From the NCBI GenBank assembly GCA_964429135.1, contig CAYSAU010000004.1, positions 31,499 to 95,498 of the forward strand: a DNA stretch of 64,000 nt, given 5' to 3'. The DNA comes from an uncultured Prolixibacteraceae bacterium (lineage in GTDB: Bacteria; Bacteroidota; Bacteroidia; Bacteroidales; FEN-979). The notes under the pieces were generated by a model. That model was not told where the DNA came from, did no database searches, and saw only the letters and a program-made list of their open reading frames with translations. Shown piece by piece: positions 35,692-44,329 of the stretch (positions within the stretch are counted from its first letter, which is position 1; every line of letters begins with the position of its first letter). Made by a program: the position numbers and the translations under genes.

Positions 35692-36822
35692 ATGCAAAAA
35701 ATTCAAATGGTTGACCTGAAAGGTCAATACCTGAAGATTAAAGACGAAATTGATTCTGGGATACAGCAGGTGATTGATTCCTGTTTCTTTATCAATGGCC
35801 CGGTAGTCAAACAATTCCAGGAGGATCTTGAAAAATATTTACAGGTTAAGCATGTCATACCCTGTGCCAATGGCACAGATGCTCTTCAGGTTTCTATGAT
35901 GGCACTGGGTCTTAAACCCGGGGATGAAGTTATTACAACTTCTTTTACTTTTATCGCCACTGCAGAAGTGATCGCCTTGCTTCAACTGACTCCTGTTCTG
36001 GTTGATGTTGACCCCGACACATTCAACATTGATCCCAAAGCCATTGAAAAAGCCATTACCTCTCGAACCAGGGCCATTGTGCCTGTTCATCTTTTCGGGC
36101 AGTCGGCGCCCATGGAGGAGATCATGGAACTGGCAAACAGATATAAACTGTTCGTGATAGAAGATAATTGCCAAGCCATAGGTTCTGATTATATTTTTAG
36201 GGATGGTCGCCGTCAAAAATCAGGAACCATAGGCCAGATTGGCTGCACTTCATTTTTCCCTTCCAAGAATCTTGGGTGTTATGGGGATGGTGGTGCAATT
36301 TTCACTCATGATGATGATCTTGCAAAACAGATGAGGATTATTGTCAATCATGGTATGACAGTTCGTTATTATCATGATTATATCGGGGTGAATTCCAGAC
36401 TCGACAGCATTCAGGCTGCTGTACTGAAAGCAAAACTGCCTCATCTTGATGAATATGCGGCAAAACGCCGGGAAGTCGCTGATTTTTACGATATTGCCTT
36501 TGGGAAACATCCAAAATTAAAGATACCCGCCCGCTGCTCCAGATCCACTCACGTCTTTCACCAATATACTTTGGTTACCCGTGATCTTGACAGGAATGCC
36601 CTGATAGAACATTTAGCCTCAAAAGGAATCCCGGCCATGATCTACTATCCGGTACCTTTGCATCTTCAAAAAGCCTATCTTGATCCCCGTTATAAATCTG
36701 GTGATTTTCCTGTCACAGAACATTTGTCCGAAAGGGTTGTTTCTTTACCCATGCATACGGAATTGGATGATGAACAATTGAATTATATCACCGGATCAGT
36801 ACTTGAATTCGTTAATCGTTGA
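35692..36822 (+). CDS. DegT/DnrJ/EryC1/StrS family sugar aminotransferase (WbpE/WlbC-like)
   Basis: PLP-dependent fold with the lysine motif SFFPSKNLG. The N-terminus [10 protein letters not shown] is typical of the family. The ORF track start is 35686 (TTG). Confidence 0.9.
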   Translation: MQKIQMVDLKGQYLKIKDEIDSGIQQVIDSCFFINGPVVKQFQEDLEKYLQVKHVIPCANGTDALQVSMMALGLKPGDEVITTSFTFIATAEVIALLQLTPVLVDVDPDTFNIDPKAIEKAITSRTRAIVPVHLFGQSAPMEEIMELANRYKLFVIEDNCQAIGSDYIFRDGRRQKSGTIGQIGCTSFFPSKNLGCYGDGGAIFTHDDDLAKQMRIIVNHGMTVRYYHDYIGVNSRLDSIQAAVLKAKLPHLDEYAAKRREVADFYDIAFGKHPKLKIPARCSRSTHVFHQYTLVTRDLDRNALIEHLASKGIPAMIYYPVPLHLQKAYLDPRYKSGDFPVTEHLSERVVSLPMHTELDDEQLNYITGSVLEFVNR

Positions 36823-36823
36823 T

Positions 36824-37414
36824 ATGGAAAAGGATTATTTTGCTCATGAGACGGCTATTATTGACCCTGATTGCCAGATTGGCAGGGGGACAAAAATATG
36901 GCATTTTACTCACATTATGAGCCATTGTGAAATTGGGGATCACTGTAGTTTTGGTCAGAATGTTGTGGTATCCCCGCATGTCAGACTGGGAAATAATGTA
37001 AAAGTTCAGAATAACGTATCCATTTATACTGGTGTAATCTGTGAGGATGATGTATTCCTGGGTCCCTCAATGGTATTTACTAATGTAATCAATCCACGCA
37101 GTCAGATCCTTCGCCGTGATCAGTATCAGAAAACCCTTGTCAAAAAAGGTGCTACCATTGGAGCCAATGCAACCATTGTATGCGGTCATGAAATCGGTGA
37201 GTTTGCCTTCATCGGTGCAGGCAGTGTGGTTACCCGGGATGTTCCTGCCTATGCCCTGATCGTTGGAAATCCAGGACGACAAACGGGATGGATGAGTGAA
37301 TATGGTCATCGTTTGTATTTTGATCAGGAGGGATGGGCTGTTTGCCCTGAAAGTAAGGAATCATATCGCTTGACTACTGAAGGAAAAGTAATAAAACAAG
37401 AAAGAAAACAATGA
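36824..37414 (+). CDS. Hexapeptide-repeat (left-handed beta-helix) sugar N-acetyltransferase (WbpD/WlbB-like)
   Basis: Repeated [LIV]-G-x4 hexapeptides ([36 protein letters not shown]). The ATG lies 1 nt after the preceding stop. Confidence 0.8.
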   Translation: MEKDYFAHETAIIDPDCQIGRGTKIWHFTHIMSHCEIGDHCSFGQNVVVSPHVRLGNNVKVQNNVSIYTGVICEDDVFLGPSMVFTNVINPRSQILRRDQYQKTLVKKGATIGANATIVCGHEIGEFAFIGAGSVVTRDVPAYALIVGNPGRQTGWMSEYGHRLYFDQEGWAVCPESKESYRLTTEGKVIKQERKQ

Positions 37415-38400
37415 CTCCCTCCTCAAAAAAAAAGAATTTTGCCCTGATCGGTGCGGCAGGTTACATCGCTCCACGCCATATGAAAGCCATCAAGGACACA
37501 GGTAACCTGTTGATTACCGCACTTGACCCCTATGATGGTGTGGGGATCATGGATAGTTTTTTCCCGGATGCTGATTTTTTTATTGAACCTGAAAGGTTTG
37601 ACCGCCACCTGGATAAACTGCGCCGGATGGCTAATTCAAGAAAGCGCCTTGATGACATGAAAATTGACTATGTCAGCATCTGTTCACCTAATTATATGCA
37701 TGATTCACATATCCGGCTCGCTTTACGAAACGATGCACATGCCATTTGCGAAAAACCCATTGTCTTGAATCCCTGGAATGTAGATGCATTAAAGAATATT
37801 GAAAAAGAAACAGGGAAAAATGTTTACACCGTTTTGCAGCTTCGTCTCCACCCTGCCATTATTGCTCTGAAAGAAGAGATTGAAAAGGGACCTAAAAATA
37901 AAATTTACGACCTTGATCTTACCTATATTACTTCAAGGGGAAAATGGTATTACAGGGCCTGGAAAGGTGATATCTCCAAATCAGGGGGAATAGGGACAAA
38001 TATTGGCATTCATTTTTTTGATATGCTGGGCTGGATTTTCGGTGAAGTCAGGGACAACAAGGTTCACGTGCTCGAAATAAATAGGGCAGCAGGTTTCCTT
38101 CGACTGGACAAAGCCAGGGTACGATGGTTGCTAAGTCTTGATTACGATGATATCCCTGAAAAAATAAAGCAGCAAGGAAAAAGAACCTATCGTAGCCTGA
38201 ATATGGACGGGAGGGAGATTGAATTCAGTGATGGATTTACCGATCTTCATACCACAACTTACCGGGAAATTCTTGCCGGGAGAGGCTTCCGTTTATCTGA
38301 TGCAAAACACAGCGTAAATATTGTGTATCATATCAGAAATGCAAAACCCCTTGGCCTTAAAGGCGATTATCATCCGCTATTGAAAAATATTATAAAATAA
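37411..38400 (+). CDS. Gfo/Idh/MocA family oxidoreductase (WbpB/WlbA-like)
   Basis: N-terminal Rossmann motif ([14 protein letters not shown]) and the EKP motif (CEKPIV). ATGA-type overlap with the upstream gene. Confidence 0.8.
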   Translation: MTPSSKKKNFALIGAAGYIAPRHMKAIKDTGNLLITALDPYDGVGIMDSFFPDADFFIEPERFDRHLDKLRRMANSRKRLDDMKIDYVSICSPNYMHDSHIRLALRNDAHAICEKPIVLNPWNVDALKNIEKETGKNVYTVLQLRLHPAIIALKEEIEKGPKNKIYDLDLTYITSRGKWYYRAWKGDISKSGGIGTNIGIHFFDMLGWIFGEVRDNKVHVLEINRAAGFLRLDKARVRWLLSLDYDDIPEKIKQQGKRTYRSLNMDGREIEFSDGFTDLHTTTYREILAGRGFRLSDAKHSVNIVYHIRNAKPLGLKGDYHPLLKNIIK

Positions 38401-38405
38401 GAGAG

Positions 38406-39434
38406 ATGAAAATTCTGGTTACCGGTGGTACAGGCTATATTGGCTCCCATACCGTTGTTGAGTTACAGGAAAAGGGTTTTGAAGTCATCATCGTGGATAA
38501 TCTTTCCAATTCCTCTATCGAGGTTCTGGATAATATCGCGAAGATTACAGGGAAGAAACCTTTGTTTGAAAAGTTTGACCTGACTGATTCTGAAAGAACC
38601 GCTGCCTTTTTTTCTTTGCATAATGATATTAAGGCGGTTATTCATTTTGCTGCCTTTAAAGCAGTGGGAGAGTCGGTGGAATTTCCACTGCTTTATTACC
38701 GTAATAACCTTATTTCACTGGTCAATATATTGCAGGGAATGACTGATAATGGTATACGGGATATTGTTTTTTCTTCCTCTTGTACTGTATATGGACAGCC
38801 GGAAAAATTACCGGCAAGAGAAGATACACCCATCCAGAAAGCGGCATCACCTTATGGGAATACCAAACAAATTTCCGAGGAAATGATCACCGATACGGCT
38901 GTAAATGCTGATATTCAAGCAATACTTCTGAGATATTTCAACCCGATCGGAGCGCATGAGTCTGCCATCATTGGTGAATTGCCCCTTGGGGTCCCCAATT
39001 GCCTGATGCCATATATCACTCAGACAGCCATTGGTAAACGTCCTTTTTTGAGGGTCTGGGGGAATGATTACAAAACTCCAGACGGGACAGCGATCCGTGA
39101 TTATATTCATGTTGTTGATTTGGCTAAGGCTCATGTCATAGCCGTTGAACGGATGATTAAAGGAAAAACCAAAAGGAAAGTTGAAGTTTTTAACCTGGGA
39201 ACCGGACATGGATTTTCTGTTCTTGAAGTCATCCGCTCATTTGAACGAACCTCTGGGATCAAATTGGATTATAGGATTATGGATCGCAGGCCAGGAGATG
39301 TAGAAAAGGTTTGGGCCGACACTAATTTTGCAAACAGTGAATTGGGATGGAAAGCCGAAAAATCCCTCGATGAAATGACACATTCTGCCTGGAAATGGGA
39401 AAAAGCCCTGTCACAAAAAAACATAAAATCATGA
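38406..39434 (+). CDS. galE: UDP-glucose 4-epimerase
   Basis: 342 aa SDR with GGTGYIGSH and the catalytic YGNTK. Confidence 0.9.
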   Translation: MKILVTGGTGYIGSHTVVELQEKGFEVIIVDNLSNSSIEVLDNIAKITGKKPLFEKFDLTDSERTAAFFSLHNDIKAVIHFAAFKAVGESVEFPLLYYRNNLISLVNILQGMTDNGIRDIVFSSSCTVYGQPEKLPAREDTPIQKAASPYGNTKQISEEMITDTAVNADIQAILLRYFNPIGAHESAIIGELPLGVPNCLMPYITQTAIGKRPFLRVWGNDYKTPDGTAIRDYIHVVDLAKAHVIAVERMIKGKTKRKVEVFNLGTGHGFSVLEVIRSFERTSGIKLDYRIMDRRPGDVEKVWADTNFANSELGWKAEKSLDEMTHSAWKWEKALSQKNIKS

Positions 39435-40480
39435 AAACAATCCTAATCACCGGCGGGGCCGGGTTCATTGGAAGTCATGTGGTCCGACGGTTTGTGAATA
39501 GATATCCGGAATACCATATCGTGAATCTGGATAAGCTGACTTATGCCGGTAACCTGGCTAACCTCAGAGATATTGAGAATGCTCCCAATTACGAGTTTAT
39601 TAAAGCAGATATTATTGATGGTGAGCAGATGAAGATGATATTTGAGCAATACAGATTCGAAAAAGTCCTTCATCTGGCTGCCGAATCCCATGTTGACCGG
39701 TCGATTTCAAGTCCCATGGAGTTCATTTATGCCAATATTATTGGTACGGTTAACTTGCTCAATGCCGCTCGGCTTATCTGGTCCCATCAAGAAGGGAATA
39801 GATTTTATCATATCTCTACGGATGAAGTTTACGGATCTTTAGGGGAGACCGGTTTTTTTTATGAAAATACCGCTTATGACCCGAGAAGCCCCTATTCAGC
39901 TTCCAAAGCTAGCTCAGATCACTTGGTCAGGGCTTATTATCATACGTACGGGTTGCCTGTAGTAATTTCAAATTGTTCCAATAATTACGGACCTTTTCAG
40001 TTCCCTGAAAAATTGATTCCGCTCTGCATTCATAATATTAAGCACAACAAACCCATTCCTGTTTACGGGAAAGGGGAGAATATCCGCGACTGGCTTTTTG
40101 TTGAGGATCATGCAGCAGCCATTGACCTGATTTTACATCGTGGAAAAACCGGTGAAACCTATAATATCGGTGGTCAAAATGAATGGAAAAACATCGACCT
40201 TATCTCTTTATTGTGTGAGATCATGGATCGTAAACTCAAGCGTCAACCCGGAACCTCTGCAGGACTGATCACTTTTGTTAAAGATCGCGCCGGCCATGAC
40301 CTGAGGTATGCAATACATTCAGGGAAGATTCAGTCGGAACTGGGCTGGAAACCCAGTCTTCAGTTTGCGGAAGGACTTGAAAAAACCGTTGACTGGTACC
40401 TCTTCAATGAGGATTGGCTAAACAATGTCACCTCAGGAGACTATCAAAAGTACTATGAAACCCAATATGAGAAGCGTTGA
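39431..40480 (+). CDS. rfbB: dTDP-glucose 4,6-dehydratase
   Basis: GGAGFIGSH, STDEVYG and YSASKASSDH. The ATG at 39431 overlaps the galE stop (ATGA). The ORF-track start at 39395 is unlikely. Confidence 0.9.
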   Translation: MKTILITGGAGFIGSHVVRRFVNRYPEYHIVNLDKLTYAGNLANLRDIENAPNYEFIKADIIDGEQMKMIFEQYRFEKVLHLAAESHVDRSISSPMEFIYANIIGTVNLLNAARLIWSHQEGNRFYHISTDEVYGSLGETGFFYENTAYDPRSPYSASKASSDHLVRAYYHTYGLPVVISNCSNNYGPFQFPEKLIPLCIHNIKHNKPIPVYGKGENIRDWLFVEDHAAAIDLILHRGKTGETYNIGGQNEWKNIDLISLLCEIMDRKLKRQPGTSAGLITFVKDRAGHDLRYAIHSGKIQSELGWKPSLQFAEGLEKTVDWYLFNEDWLNNVTSGDYQKYYETQYEKR

Positions 40481-41359
40481 CTAAAGGCCAGAAACACTGA
40501 CCTCCTTTCCGATCTTCGCAATCAATCCCTGTAAAACATTACCGGGACCAACTTCTATAAACGACTGGGCTCCATCTGTGATCATATGCTGAATTATCTG
40601 TGTCCATAAAACCGGAGCGGTTAACTGGGCCACAAGGTTATCTTTAATGATCTTAGGGTCAGCTACCTTTTGAGCAGTTGCATTTTGATAAATGGGACAA
40701 ATGGGGGTACTGAACTGGGTTGCATGGATGGCTTCCGCAAGTTCAACACGGGCAGGCTCCATGAGCGGAGAATGGAAAGCACCCCCAACTTTTAAAGGCA
40801 AGGCTCTTCGGGCACCGGCCGCTTTTAGCTTTTCACAGGCTATTTCAATTCCCCTGAAGCTTCCCGAAATCACAAGTTGGCCAGGACTATTATAATTAGC
40901 TGGGACCACAATTTCATCACAGGATTGGCAAATTTCTTCCACCTTCTGATCTTCCAATCCAAGGATGGCGGCCATGGTGGAGGCTTCCTTTTCGCAGGCT
41001 TTTTGCATGGCAGAAGCTCGCGAGGCAACCAGTTTCAGGCCATCCTCGAAATTCAGAACGCGGTTTGCAACAAGGGCAGAAAACTCACCCAGAGAATGAC
41101 CGGCAACCATGTCCGGTACAAACTTTTCTCCAAGATTCAATGCCAGGATGACAGAATGAAGAAAAATAGCTGGCTGGGTGACTTTTGTCTGTCTCAGATC
41201 TTCGTCAGTTCCAGAAAACATCAGGTCAGTAATACGGAAGCCAAGGATCTCATTGGCATTTTCAAAAAGTTCTCTGGCTTTTTGTGAATGATCGTAAAGG
41301 TCTTTACCCATCCCCACGAACTGCGCACCCTGTCCGGGAAATACATAGGCTGTTTTCAT
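40481..41359 (-). CDS. fabD: Malonyl CoA-ACP transacylase
   Basis: 292 aa with the active-site motif GHSLGEFSAL. Confidence 0.95.
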   Translation of the reverse strand: MKTAYVFPGQGAQFVGMGKDLYDHSQKARELFENANEILGFRITDLMFSGTDEDLRQTKVTQPAIFLHSVILALNLGEKFVPDMVAGHSLGEFSALVANRVLNFEDGLKLVASRASAMQKACEKEASTMAAILGLEDQKVEEICQSCDEIVVPANYNSPGQLVISGSFRGIEIACEKLKAAGARRALPLKVGGAFHSPLMEPARVELAEAIHATQFSTPICPIYQNATAQKVADPKIIKDNLVAQLTAPVLWTQIIQHMITDGAQSFIEVGPGNVLQGLIAKIGKEVSVSGL

Positions 41360-41368
41360 GATTTGGTT

Positions 41369-42106
41369 TTATTTTCTGTCTCCAAGAAATCTTAAAAGAA
41401 AAAGAAAAAGATTGATAAAGTCAAGATACAAGGTCAGTGCACCAAGAATGCTGAGTTTACGGACATTGACTTCTCCAAATTCACCGGCTCCACCACCTAT
41501 TCTTTTCAGGCGTTGGACATCATATGCCGTCAGCCCTGTGAATACAAGCACGCCGATGACACTGATGAGGTAATCCATAGTACTGCTGTGCATAAAATAG
41601 TTGACCAGCATGGCGATTAAAATACCGATTAACCCCATCATCATGATACTGCCGAATTTGGTCAGGTCGGTTTTGGTAGTATAACCCGTAATGGCCATGA
41701 TACCAAACATGGCGGCAGCAACTGCAAAAGTTTTATATACGGAAGCAGCTGTATAAGTGAGTAAAATAAAACTAAGGCTCATTCCCATTAAAATGGAAAA
41801 AGTCAGAAACAAAAGTGTCAAAACGGCAGGGGATAGTTTTTGGAATCCGAGTGACATCAGTAAGACAAAACCAATGGGAGCAAGAGTGACAACCCAGCCG
41901 AGCATACTTAACCCCATGGTTTCCGGATTAATGAGGCTGCTTCTTAATTCATCGGAACCGGCGAACCAAAATGCTGTAATAGCTGTAACTACCATGGCCA
42001 GAGTCATCCAGCCAAACACCTGGGTCATGAAAGATTTTGCGACACTGGTATCTTGGCTGGTGGGTTGTGCCGTAAAAAGACCTCTATTGTTAGATTGTTC
42101 AAACAT
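41369..42106 (-). CDS. Bax inhibitor-1/YccA family membrane protein
   Basis: 245 aa and 7 TM, with a family-typical charged C-terminal tail. Confidence 0.8.
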   Translation of the reverse strand: MFEQSNNRGLFTAQPTSQDTSVAKSFMTQVFGWMTLAMVVTAITAFWFAGSDELRSSLINPETMGLSMLGWVVTLAPIGFVLLMSLGFQKLSPAVLTLLFLTFSILMGMSLSFILLTYTAASVYKTFAVAAAMFGIMAITGYTTKTDLTKFGSIMMMGLIGILIAMLVNYFMHSSTMDYLISVIGVLVFTGLTAYDVQRLKRIGGGAGEFGEVNVRKLSILGALTLYLDFINLFLFLLRFLGDRK

Positions 42107-42183
42107 GTTAAAATCTCCTTTTCGTATGATATGTTTAATGGATTAATGCAGTTTGACCTATTGAGTGTTTTTTATTTAGTTTG

Positions 42184-42798
42184 TTAATGTAGCTTAGTCC
42201 CGATGAGGTGCAAAAACTCGGCCCTGGTTTTATCCCGCTCAAAAGCTCCAACGAAATCGGATGTCGTTGTGACAGAATTTTGTTTTTGAACCCCACGCAT
42301 TGACATACACAAATGTTGTGCCTCGATCACTACCGCAACACCAAGTGGTTTCAAAGTATCGTTGATGGCGTCTTTAATCTGCATGGTGAGGCGCTCCTGA
42401 ACCTGAAGGCGACGGGCGTAAATATCCACTACCCTGGCAATTTTACTCAAACCTGTAATGTATTTATCCGGTATATAGGCCACATGGGCTTTGCCAATAA
42501 ACGGAATCATGTGATGTTCACACATGGAATATATTTCTATATCTTTGACAATGACCATTTCACGGTAGTCTTCCCTGAATTTGGCAGAACTTAGAATTTC
42601 CTTGGGATCAAGGGCATAACCTTGGGTAAGATATTGCAAGGCTTTGGCTACCCTCAATGGAGTTTTTTCCAATCCTTCGCGATTTACATTTTCTCCTATC
42701 AGCCTAAGAATTTCTTTATAATGACTGGCAAGTGCTTCAGTCGTCTTGGGATCGAATTCTTCAAATTTTTCGTAATTTAGTTTTTGGGGTTTAGTCAT
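42184..42798 (-). CDS. folE: GTP cyclohydrolase I
   Basis: 204 aa with the zinc/active-site segment [19 protein letters not shown]. Confidence 0.95.
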   Translation of the reverse strand: MTKPQKLNYEKFEEFDPKTTEALASHYKEILRLIGENVNREGLEKTPLRVAKALQYLTQGYALDPKEILSSAKFREDYREMVIVKDIEIYSMCEHHMIPFIGKAHVAYIPDKYITGLSKIARVVDIYARRLQVQERLTMQIKDAINDTLKPLGVAVVIEAQHLCMSMRGVQKQNSVTTTSDFVGAFERDKTRAEFLHLIGTKLH

Positions 42799-42806
42799 GT
42801 TGGTTT

Positions 42807-43223
42807 TTATTTATCTCCAAAATATTCGACTATATTGTTTTCAGATTGTTCCAGCCTTATGCACTGCAGTTTAGCTCCCAGCTTAGAGATTTCCTCGTGC
42901 AATTCATTCCAGATTCCCATGGCGACATTTTCGCTTGTTGGGACTTTTCCACTAAGAAAGTCAACTTCAAGGTTAAGGTTTTTATGATCCAGTTTTTTTA
43001 ATATTTTATCCTCAATGAGTTGGCTTATATGGCGAAGGTGAATAACCAAACCTGTCCCTGGGTCTATCTCGCCCCTTATGGTCACATAAAGGATATAATT
43101 GTGCCCGTGCCAGTTTGGATTTGAACATTTCCCAAAAATCCTGAAATTTTCTTCATCATCATATTCCGGAAGAAATAAGCGATGGGCTGCACTGAAATGT
43201 TCCCTGCGGATAATGTCCACCAT
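42807..43223 (-). CDS. 6-pyruvoyl-tetrahydropterin synthase family protein (COG0720), C-x5-HGH type
   Basis: 138 aa with the motif [12 protein letters not shown], which has five residues between the Cys and HGH. It lies 8 nt upstream of folE on the same strand. Confidence 0.8.
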   Translation of the reverse strand: MVDIIRREHFSAAHRLFLPEYDDEENFRIFGKCSNPNWHGHNYILYVTIRGEIDPGTGLVIHLRHISQLIEDKILKKLDHKNLNLEVDFLSGKVPTSENVAMGIWNELHEEISKLGAKLQCIRLEQSENNIVEYFGDK

Positions 43224-43240
43224 AAATGTGAATTATACCG

Positions 43241-43248
43241 CAAAGTTA
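43241..43248 (-). promoter_or_regulatory. Candidate -7 box TAACTTTG for PTPS-folE
   Basis: The reverse complement of caaagtta lies 18 nt upstream of the ATG at 43223. Confidence 0.45.
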
Positions 43249-43312
43249 TGATTTTATTTTTATATATGGAGACCTGCGAAGTGCATGACTTTTCGCCAGT
43301 TCAACAAATGGT

Positions 43313-43714
43313 TTAACCTTTGCTTTTATCGGAAAGATCTCCCGTTTTTTTCAATAGAATTACTACTTCAAAAACCGTATAGCATAGGTAGAGGATGAAA
43401 AAACTGAGTAAAAATGGGACAGCATCTTCCCGGTGAATCAGCACATATATCACCATGACTGCAACATATAAGAGGAGTTTTATGGCAGTAATCAGAAGAA
43501 AAGTATTTGTAAACCGGATAAATTTTTTCTTCATGGATTTCAGAAGGTAATAATAGGAAAGGAGGCTGGAAGCGATGAAAAAGAAGAAAAGAAAGGGGAG
43601 AGAGGGGGAGATGAATATTTTGGGAAGAAAAAAAACGAATAGGACAGTGATCAAGCCAAGAATCAAAGAAAAAAGCAACAGTCGTTTGAGGAATCTGAGG
43701 TAAGGAGAATTCAT
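43313..43714 (-). CDS. Hypothetical 4-TM membrane protein (AtpI-like size and topology)
   Basis: 133 aa with four hydrophobic helices. It lies 25 nt downstream of the AtpZ-like gene. No motif-level identification. Confidence 0.5.
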   Translation of the reverse strand: MNSPYLRFLKRLLLFSLILGLITVLFVFFLPKIFISPSLPFLFFFFIASSLLSYYYLLKSMKKKFIRFTNTFLLITAIKLLLYVAVMVIYVLIHREDAVPFLLSFFILYLCYTVFEVVILLKKTGDLSDKSKG

Positions 43715-43739
43715 GTTATTAAGATAAAGTGATATTGGG

Positions 43740-43949
43740 TTACTTTTTCAACAGGTCTCGGATGATAAAATAAATCGATAAAATTACGGCTGCGACAGAA
43801 AAAATGACAGTAAAAACAGGCTTTGTTTGTAACCACTGATCCAGTTTAAAACCGCCGAAAACACCAGCCAGGATGATCACCAGCATTTGAATAGCCATAC
43901 TAGAATACCGGGCATAAGTGTCAAGACTTTTCTTTGGGTCTGGGATCAT
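43740..43949 (-). CDS. AtpZ/AtpI-family small membrane protein
   Basis: YARYSSMAIQMLVIILAGVFGGFKLDQWLQTKPVFTVIFSVAAVILSIYFIIRDL fits the AtpZ pattern (G..G..LD.WL.T.P.FT). The ORF track extends to 44072, but that part overlaps the bactofilin gene, so the ATG at 43949 is preferred. Confidence 0.55.
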   Translation of the reverse strand: MIPDPKKSLDTYARYSSMAIQMLVIILAGVFGGFKLDQWLQTKPVFTVIFSVAAVILSIYFIIRDLLKK

Positions 43950-44325
43950 CTGGTAGTGAGCTGAGGTGAGGTAAACCTGTTGGGGTGTTTTCCATGGTAC
44001 AGGTGCCTGAGAATTTCGCACCGGGTTCAATGGCCAATTTTCCTGTAATGATATCTCCGCTGAATTTTGCACTTTCCTTCAGGGTCAGCAATTCTGCTAC
44101 TTTCACGCTGGCTTTTAAATCTCCAGAAAAATCGGCATTCTGACAACGGATTTCACCCTCAATGGAGCCTGTTGTTCCAACCACAATCTTACCCTTGCAG
44201 TGTATGTTTCCCACCAGGGTTCCGTCAATCCGAAAATCGCCATTGACATTGATCTCTCCCTTAACGATTGTTCCGACACCCAACAGATTGATGACGGGTA
44301 ATTCCGGTTCTTTGTTCTTGGCCAT
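43921..44325 (-). CDS. Bactofilin (polymer-forming cytoskeletal protein)
   Basis: Beta-helical repeat core (GTIVKGEINVNGDFRIDGTLVGNIHCKGKIVVGTTGSIEGEIRCQNADFSGDL...). The ATG at 44325 lies 4 nt after the sprE stop. The ORF-track start at 44358 would overlap sprE. Confidence 0.85.
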   Translation of the reverse strand: MAKNKEPELPVINLLGVGTIVKGEINVNGDFRIDGTLVGNIHCKGKIVVGTTGSIEGEIRCQNADFSGDLKASVKVAELLTLKESAKFSGDIITGKLAIEPGAKFSGTCTMENTPTGLPHLSSLPDDPRPKEKS

Positions 44326-44329
44326 AACA

